Assembly: GCA_965277715.1 (NCBI GenBank)
Contig: OZ255836.1
Span: 3,680,001 to 3,744,000 of the forward strand
Origin: Gammaproteobacteria bacterium
GTDB taxonomy: Bacteria > Pseudomonadota > Gammaproteobacteria > JBCCGL01
Direction: 5' to 3'
Length of the DNA stretch: 64,000 nucleotides
In this document: in pieces, positions 62,011-64,000 of the stretch
Layout of the letters: each line of letters begins with the position of its first letter
How positions within the stretch are numbered: the stretch's first letter is position 1
Program-made: the position numbers and the translations under genes
Notes under the pieces: generated by a model
What the model was told of the DNA's origin: nothing
Database searches by the model: none
The model's input: the letters and a program-made list of their open reading frames with translations, nothing else

Positions 62011-62147
62011 TGCCACGAGGAAATCTCTACTGCTCCATCAGCTTTTAACCTAAATTCCGCAGTAGATTCAACTAGGGTGAAAAAGGGTCGCTATCGGTTC
62101 GTTTACGGTGATTAAGAATACCTTTCCTGGAGCGCACTGAACTATCA

Positions 62148-63134
62148 TTAAGTGCCGACTCCCTTGGTGGCATTTTCAGTATTGTTCACTGTTGTGTTAT
62201 GCCTATTCAAATTGGGTATTACTAATACCATCGCCAGCGCTGAACAGATCAATACTAATGAGGCAAATTCCCGCCAACCCACTGCCTCTGATAGCAATAG
62301 GCTACTGGAATAAATGCCGATTACCGGCACCATTAATGTACCAATTGCGGCAATCGCTGCGGGAAAAAGGTGCACTACTTTTAGATAAGCCCACTGGCAG
62401 AATGTCATCGGGAAAATATAGACATAGGCGAGCGCAAGCCATACGGGGTCGCTGAAGGTGGAGATGGCGGGAAAGGGTTCCAGTAATACGGCGCCTATCG
62501 ACAAAGGCACTGCACCGATAAGTAATTGCCAGCCAATATTGCTGGCAACCGGGATATCCCAGCTGCCGCGTTTGAATAATACTGTGCCCAGCGCCCAGCC
62601 CAATGCGGCAATTAACATGCACAGTGGCCCCAGAGGTGTTTGTTTTAATATGAGTAAATCAGGCCCAATCAGTACTGCCAGACCCAACAATCCCATTAAT
62701 AACGCGCACACTTTGGTATAAGTAATCGATTCGTTGAGTAGCCAGGCGGAGAATAGTGTTGCCCATACTGGCATGGTAAAGGCGATGATTGAGGCGCGAC
62801 CGGCGGGCATAAGTGAGACGCCGTAGGCGGAAAATATTTGCCAACAGCACACGTTAAATAAGGCGCAGACAACAATGGGCCATATTTCTTTTGTGTGCAT
62901 ACGCCAGCGGTTACCAGCGGTGGTCGATAACACCAGTAGTGCCACGCCACCAAAAACCAGGCAGGATGCGCGAAACCACCATACGGGGACTTCCGATACG
63001 ATAATTTTCATACCGGGCCAGTTCAGTCCCCAAAAGAGTGAAATTGCCGCGAGTAGTAAAAAGCCGGTTTTTGGTAGGGTTGTCGATGCAGTGCTGATAA
63101 GGTAACTCCTCTGTGGTGATCGTATGGCAGGCAT
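62148..63134 (-). CDS. DMT/EamA family transporter
   Basis: FWGLNWP and about ten hydrophobic segments. Confidence 0.88.
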   Translation of the reverse strand: MPAIRSPQRSYLISTASTTLPKTGFLLLAAISLFWGLNWPGMKIIVSEVPVWWFRASCLVFGGVALLVLSTTAGNRWRMHTKEIWPIVVCALFNVCCWQIFSAYGVSLMPAGRASIIAFTMPVWATLFSAWLLNESITYTKVCALLMGLLGLAVLIGPDLLILKQTPLGPLCMLIAALGWALGTVLFKRGSWDIPVASNIGWQLLIGAVPLSIGAVLLEPFPAISTFSDPVWLALAYVYIFPMTFCQWAYLKVVHLFPAAIAAIGTLMVPVIGIYSSSLLLSEAVGWREFASLVLICSALAMVLVIPNLNRHNTTVNNTENATKGVGT

Positions 63135-63506
63135 TAGTGCCCCGTCAACGTTGAATTGATGGGGTATTCGTTTTAATCAATTGGCTTTGGTGGCCTTGCA
63201 GGTAGTGTAGGGTTTTATGAGTTTCACTCGTGATGTTTCAGTGTATTTCTTTACCCTTTCACAGGCGGGTGAGTTACTTTTTTCTGGCGCAAAAAAAACA
63301 ACCAAAAATGCGCTTAGGCTGAACTTTTAGCCAAGGTGTTTAAAACCCAGTGCGCTTTAAATCAATGTTCTTACCAACATTTTCTATGCGCACTGCAAGT
63401 GACACCTAATCAGGTTCATATATCGCCTTGACTACCCTGGGCTTCTTTAGGGCTGCAAATGAGTGCGGTACAGGCTACGAGAATGCCTTGCTAATTAATA
63501 CAGGTA

Positions 63507-63630
63507 TCGGCAACTGCTCCTGCGTTGCTCTATCTCCTGTATCCATACAGTCGTACGCCAACTGTTTCTGTGGAAAGCAGGCTGATGCTAATTGCTGATA
63601 ACATGAGGCTGTGCTTCTGGTGTATTGCCT
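63507..63630. repeat. Dispersed repeat; its 3' part is similar to 58977-59062
   Basis: GTACGCCAACTGTTTCTGTGGAA.GCAG..TGA.GCTAATTGCTGAT shared by both sites. Confidence 0.7.
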
Positions 63631-63830
63631 ACTTATCTGGTAAATCTGATTTAATCAATCTAAATTTGGGAAGTACTCAGTGCTATTCTCAACCCCCGTG
63701 GATGGGCGATTGTAGTTCTTTTCTGTGCTGGCTGTGTTGCAATTTGTGTAATAGAACTACAATTACGCCTCATTTTTGCGCTACTCTATCGACCAATTTA
63801 ATTGACCAACACCCTCTAAGAGAGAATACA

Positions 63831-64000
63831 GTGAAATTTATTTACCGCGTCCTGGCCGTTGTGGCATATGTGTGTGTTTCAAGTGCACAGTTATTGGCAG
63901 AAGAGTCTCTTATAGGGTACAAAACGGTGGATGCGGCCTATCAGGCATTGGAATCTGACGCCAGTGCAGCGGTTACTCACTATGAAGGTTGGGTGATTTT
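63831..64000 (+). CDS. Exported hypothetical protein (5' part, runs off the window)
   Basis: GTG start after AGAGAG; signal-like KFIYRVLAVVAYVCVSSAQLLA; open to the window end. Confidence 0.55.
   Translation, partial: MKFIYRVLAVVAYVCVSSAQLLAEESLIGYKTVDAAYQALESDASAAVTHYEGWVI

Noticed and set aside
62049-62076. 28-bp mini-element CCTAAATTCCGCAG...CTAGG
   Set aside because: No target duplication (TTTAA versus GTGAA); kept only as an orphan end
1-64000. tRNA, rRNA, integrase or prophage genes
   Set aside because: None recognised by eye; a tRNAscan-SE or Infernal run would be needed to exclude small RNAs

Overview
Chromosomal window from a gammaproteobacterium, inferred from the proA-nadD-rsfS-rlmH-maf-rng-yhdP-tldD gene order and a riboswitch-led gcvTHP operon. 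Most of it is housekeeping and catabolic genes: gltA, argG, tal, a bioYMN-ligase-thiolase operon, a potABCD-type transporter and gcvTHP. The standout is the first 5.2 kb, the 3' part of a lasso-peptide-type RiPP cluster. It holds the C-terminus of an asparagine-synthetase-like cyclase and an unannotated 50-aa precursor (396..548) with a lasso leader motif and a Gly/Asn-rich core ending in Ser. Five tailoring genes follow: two sulfotransferases, a 2OG-Fe(II) oxygenase, a glycosyltransferase-like protein and an HPr-kinase-like protein. Also notable are a 72-aa basic ORF with arfA-like hairpin architecture between proA and nadD, two fold-back MITEs with 5-bp target duplications, several deletion relics, a KAP NTPase with an Ala-rich tract, and a VapBC pair. 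All family calls come from motif recognition by eye; no searches were run.
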